Shown: positions 8,098-17,647, numbered from the stretch's first letter. The stretch: 20,000 bases of DNA from an uncultured virus (IMG/VR IMGVR_UViG_3300042893_000600) (IMGVR_UViG_3300042893_000600:57196-77195); one strand, 5' to 3'. Notes: generated from the sequence alone by a model not told the origin. Translations and numbers: made by a program.

Positions 8098-9161
8098 TGA
8101 AATATTTGCCGAACCCAAAAAGACTTCAATTTGAACTTAGCAATGTATGTAATCTACATTGTTTAGGTTGTGTGCGAACTGAAACTACACTTAATTCAGT
8201 TAAAGCTGCTATCGGCGATCCTACTTATCTTTCAGTGGATACTTTTTATAAAATAATAACAGATAGCGCACTTGATAGTATTGTGGATTTAGATTTTTGT
8301 GGCAGAATAGATGACCCATTAGCACATCCGGATTTTCTAAAAATATTAGAAATGGCAATCGAACATAAATCTTTTAAAATTTTCATTCACACAAATGGCG
8401 GATTGCGTAATCCTGAATATTGGAAAAAACTCGGAAATTTGTTAAAAGGTACAGACCATGTTGTTATGTTTAATGTAGATGGTCTCGAAGATACTAATCA
8501 CATTTATAGACAAGGGAGTGTCTGGAGCAATATTGTAGCTAATGCCAAATCTTATATTTCTACAGGTGCTAATGCTACGTGGCAATATATAGAATTTCCT
8601 TGGAACAAACATCAGATTCCGGAAGCATTGTTATTAAGTAAAGAATTGGGCTTTCAAAGTTTTAACGTTCGTCAGGACCGTAGTCGTATACAACATAAAT
8701 CACTAGAACAAATAGTAGTTATGAAACAACGAACACAAATACCAGAACAAAATAGAGACACTTTTTTATTACATCCAAGATACGATACTAGTTATGAAAT
8801 CACATGTATGAATAAAGTAGACAACATGTATTTTATAGATCATACTGGTAAGCTATGGCCCTGCTGCTTTATTCCAAACGGTTTTATAGAAGATAATAAT
8901 AAGTTAGCTCAGAAAGAATATTTACAAGACAGAATATATGGCAGCTACTCGGATACTACATGGAATGACTGTAACTTACACGATGTATCTTCTATTATAA
9001 ATCATAAATTTTATACAGAAGATTTAGTAGATAGTTGGAATTCAGAACAACACGGCATTGAAACTAAAGACAGAATTTTTAGATGTACTGAAACCTGCTC
9101 TTCTCGCGCATCCGCCATTAAGCCATCTGCAAATTCTACAACTAAAAAATTTAATCAATGA
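8097..9161 (+). CDS. Radical SAM protein with C-terminal SPASM/twitch-like domain
   Basis: CNLHCLGC near the N-terminus; HTNG; C-terminal CMNK...GKLWPCC...CTETC. Confidence 0.9.
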   Translation: MKYLPNPKRLQFELSNVCNLHCLGCVRTETTLNSVKAAIGDPTYLSVDTFYKIITDSALDSIVDLDFCGRIDDPLAHPDFLKILEMAIEHKSFKIFIHTNGGLRNPEYWKKLGNLLKGTDHVVMFNVDGLEDTNHIYRQGSVWSNIVANAKSYISTGANATWQYIEFPWNKHQIPEALLLSKELGFQSFNVRQDRSRIQHKSLEQIVVMKQRTQIPEQNRDTFLLHPRYDTSYEITCMNKVDNMYFIDHTGKLWPCCFIPNGFIEDNNKLAQKEYLQDRIYGSYSDTTWNDCNLHDVSSIINHKFYTEDLVDSWNSEQHGIETKDRIFRCTETCSSRASAIKPSANSTTKKFNQ

Positions 9162-10225
9162 TAGCAAAAGATCAAATCAAAATAGTTCATGTTGAAGCTA
9201 GTAGTAGATGTAACAGCAGATGCCCTATGTGTAGTAGATTCACTGCTGATGGATTCGTACAGCCTGAATTAAACGAATTGGATCTAACCGGCGAAGTTTT
9301 TTATAAGCTATTTACTAAGGATTTTACTAGTCAGCTAGAGCATGTCTATTTTAGCGGAGTATACGGCGATCCTTGCTTGAATAAATTGTTGCCTGAATTT
9401 GTTAACTACTTAATGGATAACGGCTGTAAAAGTGTTAGCATAGATACTAACGGCGGATATCGTAGTGAAGAATGGTGGGCTAAACTTGCTAGAAAAGACG
9501 TTCTAATCAATTTTGCGTTGGACGGCACAGATAATGAAACGTTGGATAAGTATCGTATTGGAGTAGTGTACGACAAAGTATATGCTAATATGAAAGCATA
9601 TATAGAAGCTGGCGGCAATGCTCAGTGGAACTTTATTGTATTTAAACATAACGAACATCAAGTAGACATAGCAAAGCAATTGGCATTGGATATGGGCGCA
9701 AAGTTTAGACTTAAGGTAACACAAAAGTTCCGTGGTCGAAAAAATCATAAAGTTATGATAGATGGTGAACTACAACATACATTAGAGCCACCAGATCAAG
9801 AATCATTCAGACATCCGAATATAGGAACTATTGATCATATTCCTATTAGTATTTTTAAGTTTAAAGATTATTCAAGATTATCTCATCTTAACGGAAACAA
9901 AGTCACATGTAAAATTCAACAACGACAGGAAGTTTACTTAACAAGTATTGGCTTGCTATTACCCTGTTGCTATCTTGCTACTTATACACATGATAGTCCA
10001 GGATCCGCACAGTTTACTAGTTTGTATAATTTAGAAAAGTTCGATTTAAAATTACTCTCCGTTGTTGAAATTTTAGAAAATTTTAAACCAATAAGTAACA
10101 AATGGAATGATACCATAGATGATGGCAATTTAATTATTTGTTTAGGCACTTGTGGCAATAAAGAAAACACTACTCTTTATCATGATAACAATTTGAAAAA
10201 AGAAAACATTTTAAAACAGCAATGA
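9158..10225 (+). CDS. Radical SAM protein with C-terminal SPASM/twitch-like domain
   Basis: CNSRCPMC; SGVYGDP; DTNG; C-terminal CKIQ...GLLLPCC...CLGTC; paralog of 8097..9161; ATGA overlap. Confidence 0.92.
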   Translation: MIAKDQIKIVHVEASSRCNSRCPMCSRFTADGFVQPELNELDLTGEVFYKLFTKDFTSQLEHVYFSGVYGDPCLNKLLPEFVNYLMDNGCKSVSIDTNGGYRSEEWWAKLARKDVLINFALDGTDNETLDKYRIGVVYDKVYANMKAYIEAGGNAQWNFIVFKHNEHQVDIAKQLALDMGAKFRLKVTQKFRGRKNHKVMIDGELQHTLEPPDQESFRHPNIGTIDHIPISIFKFKDYSRLSHLNGNKVTCKIQQRQEVYLTSIGLLLPCCYLATYTHDSPGSAQFTSLYNLEKFDLKLLSVVEILENFKPISNKWNDTIDDGNLIICLGTCGNKENTTLYHDNNLKKENILKQQ

Positions 10226-11583
10226 CAGCAAAATCTAAGACATTTTGTATATTACCTTTTATACATATTCAAGTTAAACCTAACGGTCAAATAAAGCCGT
10301 GTTGCCGATTCGATTTTGTACACGACGACTACATTGACAAAGACTGGACTGCTAAAAATGGATCAGCGTATCATGTTTTTAACAAGTATAATATCTCTAA
10401 CGGTTCTACTCTAACCGAAGCCATGACTAGCAATTTATGGAACGATGTTAGAAACAATATGCTAAATGGAAAACCAGTTAGTGGATGTAGGAAGTGTTAT
10501 ACCGCAGAAACTTTTAACGGCAGATCTATGCGTGTGCATGAAAATTACGCTAGGAATGATCAAATACAGGACAGTTTATCTAGCAGTATTGAACCATTAA
10601 AAATAAAATATCTTGAAATGACTTTCGGTAATTACTGTAATTTAAAGTGTAGGACATGTGCTGGGGATTTATCGAGTACATGGCACGAAGAAGAAGCATT
10701 GTTAGCAAAGGTTTACCCTGGACGATATAGCTCACCTAAAGTTTTAAACATCCCGTTTAATTGGAAACCCGAAGATTTTGTTAATATAGAAGAAATTAAA
10801 TTCACAGGCGGCGAGCCTATGATACATCCTGATTTTTTAAAATTAATGGATATGCTAATTGAAATTGATGTTGCTAAAAATATTGCTCTAGATGTTTTTA
10901 CAAACTGTAGCTGGATTCCCGGCGGGAAATTTTTTAAGCGGTTAACTAAATTTAAACAAGTAAAAATTAGTCTAAGTATAGATGGCGTTGGAAAAACTAA
11001 CGATTATATCAGAACGCCTAGTGACTGGCGTGTTGTCGATAGTGTAGTTGATAGTTGGCTTGCTCAGGAAGCAGCTGATACTAATAAGATTCAAATAACT
11101 TGGAACCCAACTATCAACATTTACAATATTTTAGAAATAGATAACATGATAGATTGGTGGGATAACAAACAAAACGGACATTTTCCCAATCGCTCATGGC
11201 CTAATCTAACGGAAAAAGATTATAAAGAAGATCATAACATATCAAGTTTTAGATTGATTTTTAATATACTACAAGATCCTAAGTATTTGTCAATCTCCAA
11301 TTTGCCACAATCTGCTAAAGAATTAGCTAATCGTACAATAAAATCTATATATGACAAATACGATTCTTGGGATATGGCAGAAAATCCTCGTAAAGAAATT
11401 TTTAATAAAAAAATGGAAGCAATTAGAGGAGCATTAAATTCCACAGCAAACATAGAAATGTTAAAATTATTTGCTAGTTATACTGAAGATTTAGATAAAT
11501 TACGTACACAGTCTTTAAAAGATTCCTTACCATTATTGTATAAAGAATTAGAAGGGCACGTGGACTATACAGGAAAATTGTAA
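10222..11583 (+). CDS. Radical SAM protein with N-terminal twitch-like domain
   Basis: FCILPF...GQIKPCC...CRKC before CNLKCRTC; TGGEP. Confidence 0.93.
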   Translation: MTAKSKTFCILPFIHIQVKPNGQIKPCCRFDFVHDDYIDKDWTAKNGSAYHVFNKYNISNGSTLTEAMTSNLWNDVRNNMLNGKPVSGCRKCYTAETFNGRSMRVHENYARNDQIQDSLSSSIEPLKIKYLEMTFGNYCNLKCRTCAGDLSSTWHEEEALLAKVYPGRYSSPKVLNIPFNWKPEDFVNIEEIKFTGGEPMIHPDFLKLMDMLIEIDVAKNIALDVFTNCSWIPGGKFFKRLTKFKQVKISLSIDGVGKTNDYIRTPSDWRVVDSVVDSWLAQEAADTNKIQITWNPTINIYNILEIDNMIDWWDNKQNGHFPNRSWPNLTEKDYKEDHNISSFRLIFNILQDPKYLSISNLPQSAKELANRTIKSIYDKYDSWDMAENPRKEIFNKKMEAIRGALNSTANIEMLKLFASYTEDLDKLRTQSLKDSLPLLYKELEGHVDYTGKL

Positions 11584-12827
11584 TGAGCAAGACTTTTTGT
11601 GTTATGCCATTCTGCCATGTCAATATTAAACAGGAAGGTAAGGTAAGTGCTTGTTGGAGATATCCTGATAAAATTGGAGATTATACCACACAGAGTATAC
11701 ATGAAGTTTGGAATGGTTCTGAGATAAAAGAATTACGTAGACAACTACTCAACGACGAGCGTCCTGTAGGATGCCGTAGTTGTTGGGATATGGAAGATAG
11801 CGGAGTTCGTAGTACACGATCACAAACAGCAGTCGATTATAAAGACATAATGAATATTGAAAAAGCAAAAGCAGTAATTACTGAAGATTTTGCTATGCCC
11901 GACGAAAATTTAAAAAGTATCGAACTTAGATTTGATAATATTTGTAATTTAATGTGTAGGCACTGTAGTCCTGACTATAGCAGTAAGTGGGAAGCGGCAG
12001 TTAAACGAGATGAAAAACTACAAAGTAAAATGATTCAGTTTGGCACTTTTAGAAAAAGTGATGAGCATATAAATCTTAACCAGAAAATTATTGATGAAAT
12101 TGGTGGTACTATTTCTTCAAATTTAACAGAGATTATGCTAGCAGGCGGCGAACCTTTATATCACGAACGCCATTATGATTTTATTAAATCGATGTTACCG
12201 AATGCTAAAAATATAAAACTTAGTTATAATAGTAATTTAACCACATTAGATTACAAGGGTAATTCCATTTTAGATTTATGGAAGCACTTTAAAAAGGTTA
12301 ATTTGCGTGTTAGTATTGATGGCGATCCTAGTTGTTATCAATATGTTAGAGCACATGACGGCTTGACTTTAATTGAAAAAAACATTACACTAGTACATAA
12401 CGTGCCTAATACTAGAGTTAGTGCAACATGTACTACTAGTTTATTGAATATAACAAGATTGATATCGATTATAGAATATTTTTTGTCGTTAGGCGCATAT
12501 TTTCATGCCAGTATAGTTCAATACCCACGGGCGTTGAATCCTAAGTTGTTACCACTAGAATTAAAAGAAAAAATAACAACTGATTGGACTAACTGGATTG
12601 CCGACATTGACACAAACATTGTAAACTGTGTAAAGTTATTGCCAACTACAGACGTTGAATCTCATAAGAAAAACATATTGAAGTTTGGAAATATGATAGT
12701 TGATTATATGAATTCGGAAAACTGGCACGAACACTGGCATGAATTTGTGGATTATTCTGCGGTGCTAGATGACCATTTTAAAACAGACTTGTATAGTGTG
12801 TATCCTGAATTTAAATTTGTAAAGTGA
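11583..12827 (+). CDS. Radical SAM protein with N-terminal twitch-like domain
   Basis: FCVMPF...GKVSAC...CRSC before CNLMCRHC; AGGEP; YNSN. Confidence 0.93.
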   Translation: MSKTFCVMPFCHVNIKQEGKVSACWRYPDKIGDYTTQSIHEVWNGSEIKELRRQLLNDERPVGCRSCWDMEDSGVRSTRSQTAVDYKDIMNIEKAKAVITEDFAMPDENLKSIELRFDNICNLMCRHCSPDYSSKWEAAVKRDEKLQSKMIQFGTFRKSDEHINLNQKIIDEIGGTISSNLTEIMLAGGEPLYHERHYDFIKSMLPNAKNIKLSYNSNLTTLDYKGNSILDLWKHFKKVNLRVSIDGDPSCYQYVRAHDGLTLIEKNITLVHNVPNTRVSATCTTSLLNITRLISIIEYFLSLGAYFHASIVQYPRALNPKLLPLELKEKITTDWTNWIADIDTNIVNCVKLLPTTDVESHKKNILKFGNMIVDYMNSENWHEHWHEFVDYSAVLDDHFKTDLYSVYPEFKFVK

Positions 12828-12831
12828 AAAT

Positions 12832-14151
12832 ATGGAAGATTGGAAAAATACGTATTGTTCTAAATCCTGGACTGATGTTAATGTAGACTTTTCAAGCGAG
12901 TTTGTTAAAAATTGCTGTAAATCGAAGCCTATTAAATTTGTACCTAATTTAGATAAAACTTTCTTTGAGTTCTCTCCAGAGTTACTTAAACGCAAGACTG
13001 ATAGCTTACAAGGAGTACAAAATGAAGATTGTCATTTTTGTTGGAAAGAAGAAGGTAAGCGTGTAACTTATAGAGATGTACATAATAAATGGACACCTGA
13101 ATTTATAGAATTAAATCGTGATAACTTATTATCTACTGATAAATCATTTGCGAATTATATTGAAGTTAAGTTCTCCAATACTTGCGATATGGCTTGTTTA
13201 TATTGCGGCCCTAATTTTAGTAGTAAAATAGCCATAGAAGAAAAAGTTCGAATTAAAAGTGTGCCGTTAGCATCTGAATTTGAAGCTTTTAAAGAATTTT
13301 CAGATCCGCTAATTAAAAATGCAGTTGAAATTAATAGAGAATCTATTGATAATAGTGTGTGGGATAATACACAATTACGATTTGTATTCTTAGGAGGCGA
13401 ACCCACGTTGATAGATCAATTTTATGATTTTATTGAACATATTGTATCTAGAGTTGAACATCATGCTCAACTAGCAAACTGGAAGCACAAAATGAAAAAT
13501 ATCCGTCTTGAAATTGTCACTAATGGTAATACTACCCCGGCATTAATGGACAAGTTTTTTAAATTATTATACAGTACAAATTTTGAATGGACAATTGGGA
13601 TAAGTAACGAATCTTTTGGGCATGATGCTGAATTGATCAGACATGGGTTAAATTGGGAACGATTTCAAACTAATTTTAAAAAATATATTTCTGTTCCTAA
13701 AAAAATTGACAGCATTAATTTAGCACCAACTCTTAATATTTTTAGTTTAAAAACATTTCATCTCTACATGGCATGGGTACATGAGCAATTCGATAATCAG
13801 TTAAAATTAACAGGTGTTTGTCCAGCTTTTACATGGCACGGCAATTTTGTAACAGATCCGGTATTAGACATTAAAGTATTGCCAGTTGAATATAGAAAGT
13901 ACATTGATCTTGCCATTGAAGTTGCTGAACGTGAAAATAATCCTAAATTTAAGAATAAAAAAAGTACAATTAAATTTTTAAATCAGATGAAAGATAGGAT
14001 TGGCACAACTGATCCTGAATCAGATGATGCTGTATGGTATAGAGAACGAGCGAGAGATTGGCTTGTGATGAAAGAAAAAAAGAAAGGAGTTAGTAATCTA
14101 ACACCTTTACTATTGAATATCGAATATCATGATTATAAAAGGTATCTGTAA
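12832..14151 (+). CDS. Radical SAM protein with N-terminal twitch-like domain (divergent)
   Basis: YCSKSW...NCC...CHFC before CDMACLYC; LGGEP; VTNG. Confidence 0.9.
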   Translation: MEDWKNTYCSKSWTDVNVDFSSEFVKNCCKSKPIKFVPNLDKTFFEFSPELLKRKTDSLQGVQNEDCHFCWKEEGKRVTYRDVHNKWTPEFIELNRDNLLSTDKSFANYIEVKFSNTCDMACLYCGPNFSSKIAIEEKVRIKSVPLASEFEAFKEFSDPLIKNAVEINRESIDNSVWDNTQLRFVFLGGEPTLIDQFYDFIEHIVSRVEHHAQLANWKHKMKNIRLEIVTNGNTTPALMDKFFKLLYSTNFEWTIGISNESFGHDAELIRHGLNWERFQTNFKKYISVPKKIDSINLAPTLNIFSLKTFHLYMAWVHEQFDNQLKLTGVCPAFTWHGNFVTDPVLDIKVLPVEYRKYIDLAIEVAERENNPKFKNKKSTIKFLNQMKDRIGTTDPESDDAVWYRERARDWLVMKEKKKGVSNLTPLLLNIEYHDYKRYL

Positions 14152-15323
14152 TGAGCGATGATTTATCTTGGTCAGCCTACGACTTTACAAAAATTCCATA
14201 CAATGATATTCAACGTGTGGGTCAACGCACAATGTTATATCGTGACTTGTTTACAGTAAGTTGGCTGTTAGGCCGGTTCTGTAATTATCGATGTAGCTAC
14301 TGCTGGCCCTATGCTCGCAGTGATAAAAAAGATCATAGACCTACAGAGTTATGTCTGCTTACGGTAGATGAGATTAAACGTCAAGCTAGAGAGCGAGGAT
14401 TTAATAGTTTTCACTTTAGTCTAAGTGGCGGCGAACCAACATTTCATCCAGGCTATATTGATATCCTAAATCATCTTAATAACGACGCAGGGAATACAAA
14501 CTATACCAGTGTACACATGACAACAAATATGAGTCGCAGTTTACGTTGGTTTGAAGATGAGTATTGTCCTGCTGTAAGTAAGTTTCACAGAGCTAGTATC
14601 ACTGCCAGTCTACATACCGAACATGTAGACACACCAGAGAAAATGCAAGACTTTGCTGACAAATTAATATTGTGTCAAAAACACGATGTTCAAATAACTA
14701 TCAATATGGTTATGGTTCCTGAATGGTTCGAACGTGACTTTGAAAATGCATTGTTCTTTCACAATCAGGGAATTAATGTAACACTAAAACCTCAGAGTGA
14801 TCCTACTGCTAGCCGTGTAGTAGATGGGTATACTCCTGAAATGTTAAAACGATTACACAATGGAATGCCACAACGTGCCTTCACAGAGAATAAAGCAGAT
14901 GAAGCTAAATTAGTCAAACGCCCAACTCCTACATTTAGAAAAGTTCCTGATCCATTGTACAAAGAAGAAAACGCAAAAATTCCACAACATTTCCAAGTAG
15001 AATTTGTTGATAGCAATAAAAAAATCTGGTATATGGATCAAGCTGAACGATTCAATGCGTTCAACTTTAATAAGTTTAAAGGCTGGGAATGTTCCAGTGG
15101 ATATCGTAGTATTATTATACGTGAACCAGATGGCAGCATAAAACGCAGTTATAGCTGTAGTGATGTTCCGTTAGGTAATGTAGAAACTGGCTTTAAATTG
15201 TTTGACGGTCCAACGCCGTGTATAAGTGATAGCTGTGTTAGCAGTGCTGACAGTAAGATTCCAAAAAGATCGCCTGGAACTCATTTACCATTGTGGCCAG
15301 GCGATACTACTTATCTTGCTTGA
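14151..15323 (+). CDS. Radical SAM protein with C-terminal Cys-rich domain
   Basis: SWLLGRFCNYRCSYC; SGGEP; MTTN; C-terminal WECSSG...SC...PCISDSC; same W-x-L...CxYxCxYC pattern as the partial gene at 1..294. Confidence 0.92.
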   Translation: MSDDLSWSAYDFTKIPYNDIQRVGQRTMLYRDLFTVSWLLGRFCNYRCSYCWPYARSDKKDHRPTELCLLTVDEIKRQARERGFNSFHFSLSGGEPTFHPGYIDILNHLNNDAGNTNYTSVHMTTNMSRSLRWFEDEYCPAVSKFHRASITASLHTEHVDTPEKMQDFADKLILCQKHDVQITINMVMVPEWFERDFENALFFHNQGINVTLKPQSDPTASRVVDGYTPEMLKRLHNGMPQRAFTENKADEAKLVKRPTPTFRKVPDPLYKEENAKIPQHFQVEFVDSNKKIWYMDQAERFNAFNFNKFKGWECSSGYRSIIIREPDGSIKRSYSCSDVPLGNVETGFKLFDGPTPCISDSCVSSADSKIPKRSPGTHLPLWPGDTTYLA

Positions 15324-16651
15324 TGTAGACATTCTAAATATAATTTTTTTGTGTCTAGCATAAGATATCTGTTGTAATTATACATTATAATTTCTTTCCA
15401 AGAATCATATAACTTTTGCTTTTCCTCCAATGGAAGATTAGCGATTGCCTTTACTTTGTCAATTACGTATTCTAATTCGTCAAAATAATGCCTTTCATTA
15501 TTGCTCGGTAATTCGAGACCAGGATATTCTTTAAATCCTAGTGATTTTAAAATATTTTTAATTTTATGACCGCCCAAGGTAATGAAAGGTACTCCTGACA
15601 AGATTGCCATTGAAGTTTTTTCTGTCAACATTGACGGAGTGCAATCAAAATCTTCACCGCTAATAATGGAACAAGTTTCTAGCACTATATGAAACATTGA
15701 ATTTATTTCAAATGGTATCCCTGCTATATCTTTTCTTAAATGATCTTTAGAACCGTGATCTATAAATTTTAAGGTATTTAAATTTTCTAGCTTGGTGTGT
15801 ATAAAACTTAATTGTTTTTGATACTTGTGAATAATTCCTGTATTTTTACAGTCTTCTACAAACGAATCTTTTGCAGGCAATAATCTACTGTATTGACCAA
15901 AATCAGTTATCTTTTCTTTGTCTGCCCACAATTGGAATAATGTCCTAGTTAGTCTCGGTGTCCTGCAAAACGATTGCCATACTAATGTATCTTGTGTTAG
16001 TACTCTATTTCTAATTTCTTCAAATAATGCTTCTTTTTTAGATTTCGCATTCGAATATAAATCAGAATCAATATATGCTTTATGAAAAAACGCTCCTGGA
16101 AACATGCAGTGATCTACCTGTATGTTTCTTGACCTATTAGACATATAGTTATTAACAAGTTCGCCACCTACAACATAAAATTTAAGATTTTTAATTCCTC
16201 TAAAGAAATGATTTTTAGCAGTTAAGTAATTAACATACTCGGTTTCAAATAATTTGTAAGATCTAATATAGACATTATCCATTTCGGCAGAGCCGTCGAT
16301 TATTATAGGAATTTTATTTTCAACTAAGAAATCTGTCACATCTGGATCTACAGCAAAAAAATCTGTTAAATGAAAAGTCTTAACATGTAACCAAGCTGAA
16401 ATAAAATAAAATACATCGACATTTTTATCAATTGTACCGTTATTCTTTACCTCAGCAATAAATTCACCAGCTTTTCTAAAAGTAATAAAATCTGAAGAGC
16501 AATTATACAATGTCCTAGGAGTTTCTGAAATCCAGCCAAATTGGTAGCCTTCTGTAACTAACTTGGCAATCAATTTTTCGTATACTCTTTCTAGTAAAGT
16601 TACAACTTTTCCATCTACGATATCGTCAACTAAAAATATTGCTTTTTTCAT
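15311..16651 (-). CDS. Hypothetical protein; putative glycosyltransferase with a GT10-like C-terminal motif
   Basis: 446-aa ORF coupled to gmd by an ATGA overlap; FHIVLET...MLTEKT..AILSGVPFITLG resembles the GT10 motif FxLxFENS...YxTEK...A...G.VPxxxG. Confidence 0.45.
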   Translation of the reverse strand: MKKAIFLVDDIVDGKVVTLLERVYEKLIAKLVTEGYQFGWISETPRTLYNCSSDFITFRKAGEFIAEVKNNGTIDKNVDVFYFISAWLHVKTFHLTDFFAVDPDVTDFLVENKIPIIIDGSAEMDNVYIRSYKLFETEYVNYLTAKNHFFRGIKNLKFYVVGGELVNNYMSNRSRNIQVDHCMFPGAFFHKAYIDSDLYSNAKSKKEALFEEIRNRVLTQDTLVWQSFCRTPRLTRTLFQLWADKEKITDFGQYSRLLPAKDSFVEDCKNTGIIHKYQKQLSFIHTKLENLNTLKFIDHGSKDHLRKDIAGIPFEINSMFHIVLETCSIISGEDFDCTPSMLTEKTSMAILSGVPFITLGGHKIKNILKSLGFKEYPGLELPSNNERHYFDELEYVIDKVKAIANLPLEEKQKLYDSWKEIIMYNYNRYLMLDTKKLYLECLHQAR

Positions 16652-17646
16652 CTTGCGTTAGGATTTGTCTTATAAAAATCCATCCAGTAATCTACCATCT
16701 CATCTAACATAGATTCAAAGGTATATGTTGGTACCCACCCAAGTGTTGTTCTAGCTTTGGATGAATCACCTTTTAAATAATGTAACTCTTCGGGTCGTTT
16801 AAATTTTTCATCGGAAAATACGTATTTTGTTCGATCCAGTTCTAATTTTTCAAATACATAGTTAACTAAGTCATTAACTGTTTTTGTCACACCAGTCGCA
16901 ATTACATAATCATCACTTTTTTCTTGTTGTAGCATTAACCACATAGATTCTACAAAATCTTTAGAATGACCCCAATCCCTTGCTGCTTCAAAATTACCTA
17001 AAATTAATTTTTTAGATTTACCTAATTTAATTTTGACAGCCTCTAATACAACTTTGTTGGTTACAAAATTAATACCACGTCTTGGGCTTTCGTGATTAAA
17101 CAAAATTCCAGAACATATAAACATGTTGTACGCATTTCTATAATTATGACATAGACTATGTGCGTATAGCTTGCTACAACCATATGGCGATACAGGTATT
17201 AATGGAGTGGTTTCTCGTTGAAACCCGTCAGAGTCACACGAGTTTCCAAACATTTCCGATGTTGCTGCATGGTAAACTTTTGAATGATTGGAAAATTTTC
17301 TAACAGCTTCAAGTACTGACAATGTTCCGCCAGCATTCACATCGAGTGTATACTTTGGTAATTCAAAGCTAATCTGTACATGACTTTGTGCGCCAATGTG
17401 ATAAATTTCATCTGCCTGTACATTGCTTATTACACTTTCTACACTTAGCGGATCGGTAAGATCCATGTATTTCAACTGAATACGGTTGTCCTTGAACAAA
17501 TGCTCTATGCGAGTAGTTTGAGATTCAGGCACAGAGTTACGTCTTACTGTGCCTGCCACTTTGTAATTTTTAGAGACTAATAGTTCGGCAAGGTAAGAGG
17601 CATCTTGTCCATTTGCTCCAATAATTAATGCTGTTTTTTGAGTCAT
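16648..17646 (-). CDS. gmd: GDP-mannose 4,6-dehydratase
   Basis: GANGQDASYLAE, AQSHVQISF, TSEMFG, SPYGCSK (YxxxK), GILFNHESPRRG, RDWGH, DDYVIATG. Confidence 0.96.
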   Translation of the reverse strand: MTQKTALIIGANGQDASYLAELLVSKNYKVAGTVRRNSVPESQTTRIEHLFKDNRIQLKYMDLTDPLSVESVISNVQADEIYHIGAQSHVQISFELPKYTLDVNAGGTLSVLEAVRKFSNHSKVYHAATSEMFGNSCDSDGFQRETTPLIPVSPYGCSKLYAHSLCHNYRNAYNMFICSGILFNHESPRRGINFVTNKVVLEAVKIKLGKSKKLILGNFEAARDWGHSKDFVESMWLMLQQEKSDDYVIATGVTKTVNDLVNYVFEKLELDRTKYVFSDEKFKRPEELHYLKGDSSKARTTLGWVPTYTFESMLDEMVDYWMDFYKTNPNAR

Positions 17647-17647
17647 A

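Noticed and set aside
327..15323. Assigning specific names (moaA, pqqE, nirJ, anSME, queE, viperin) to the radical SAM genes
   Set aside because: No partner genes for those pathways are present, domain order differs in seven of them, and no C-terminal GG of MoaA is seen; the reaction cannot be assigned from motifs.
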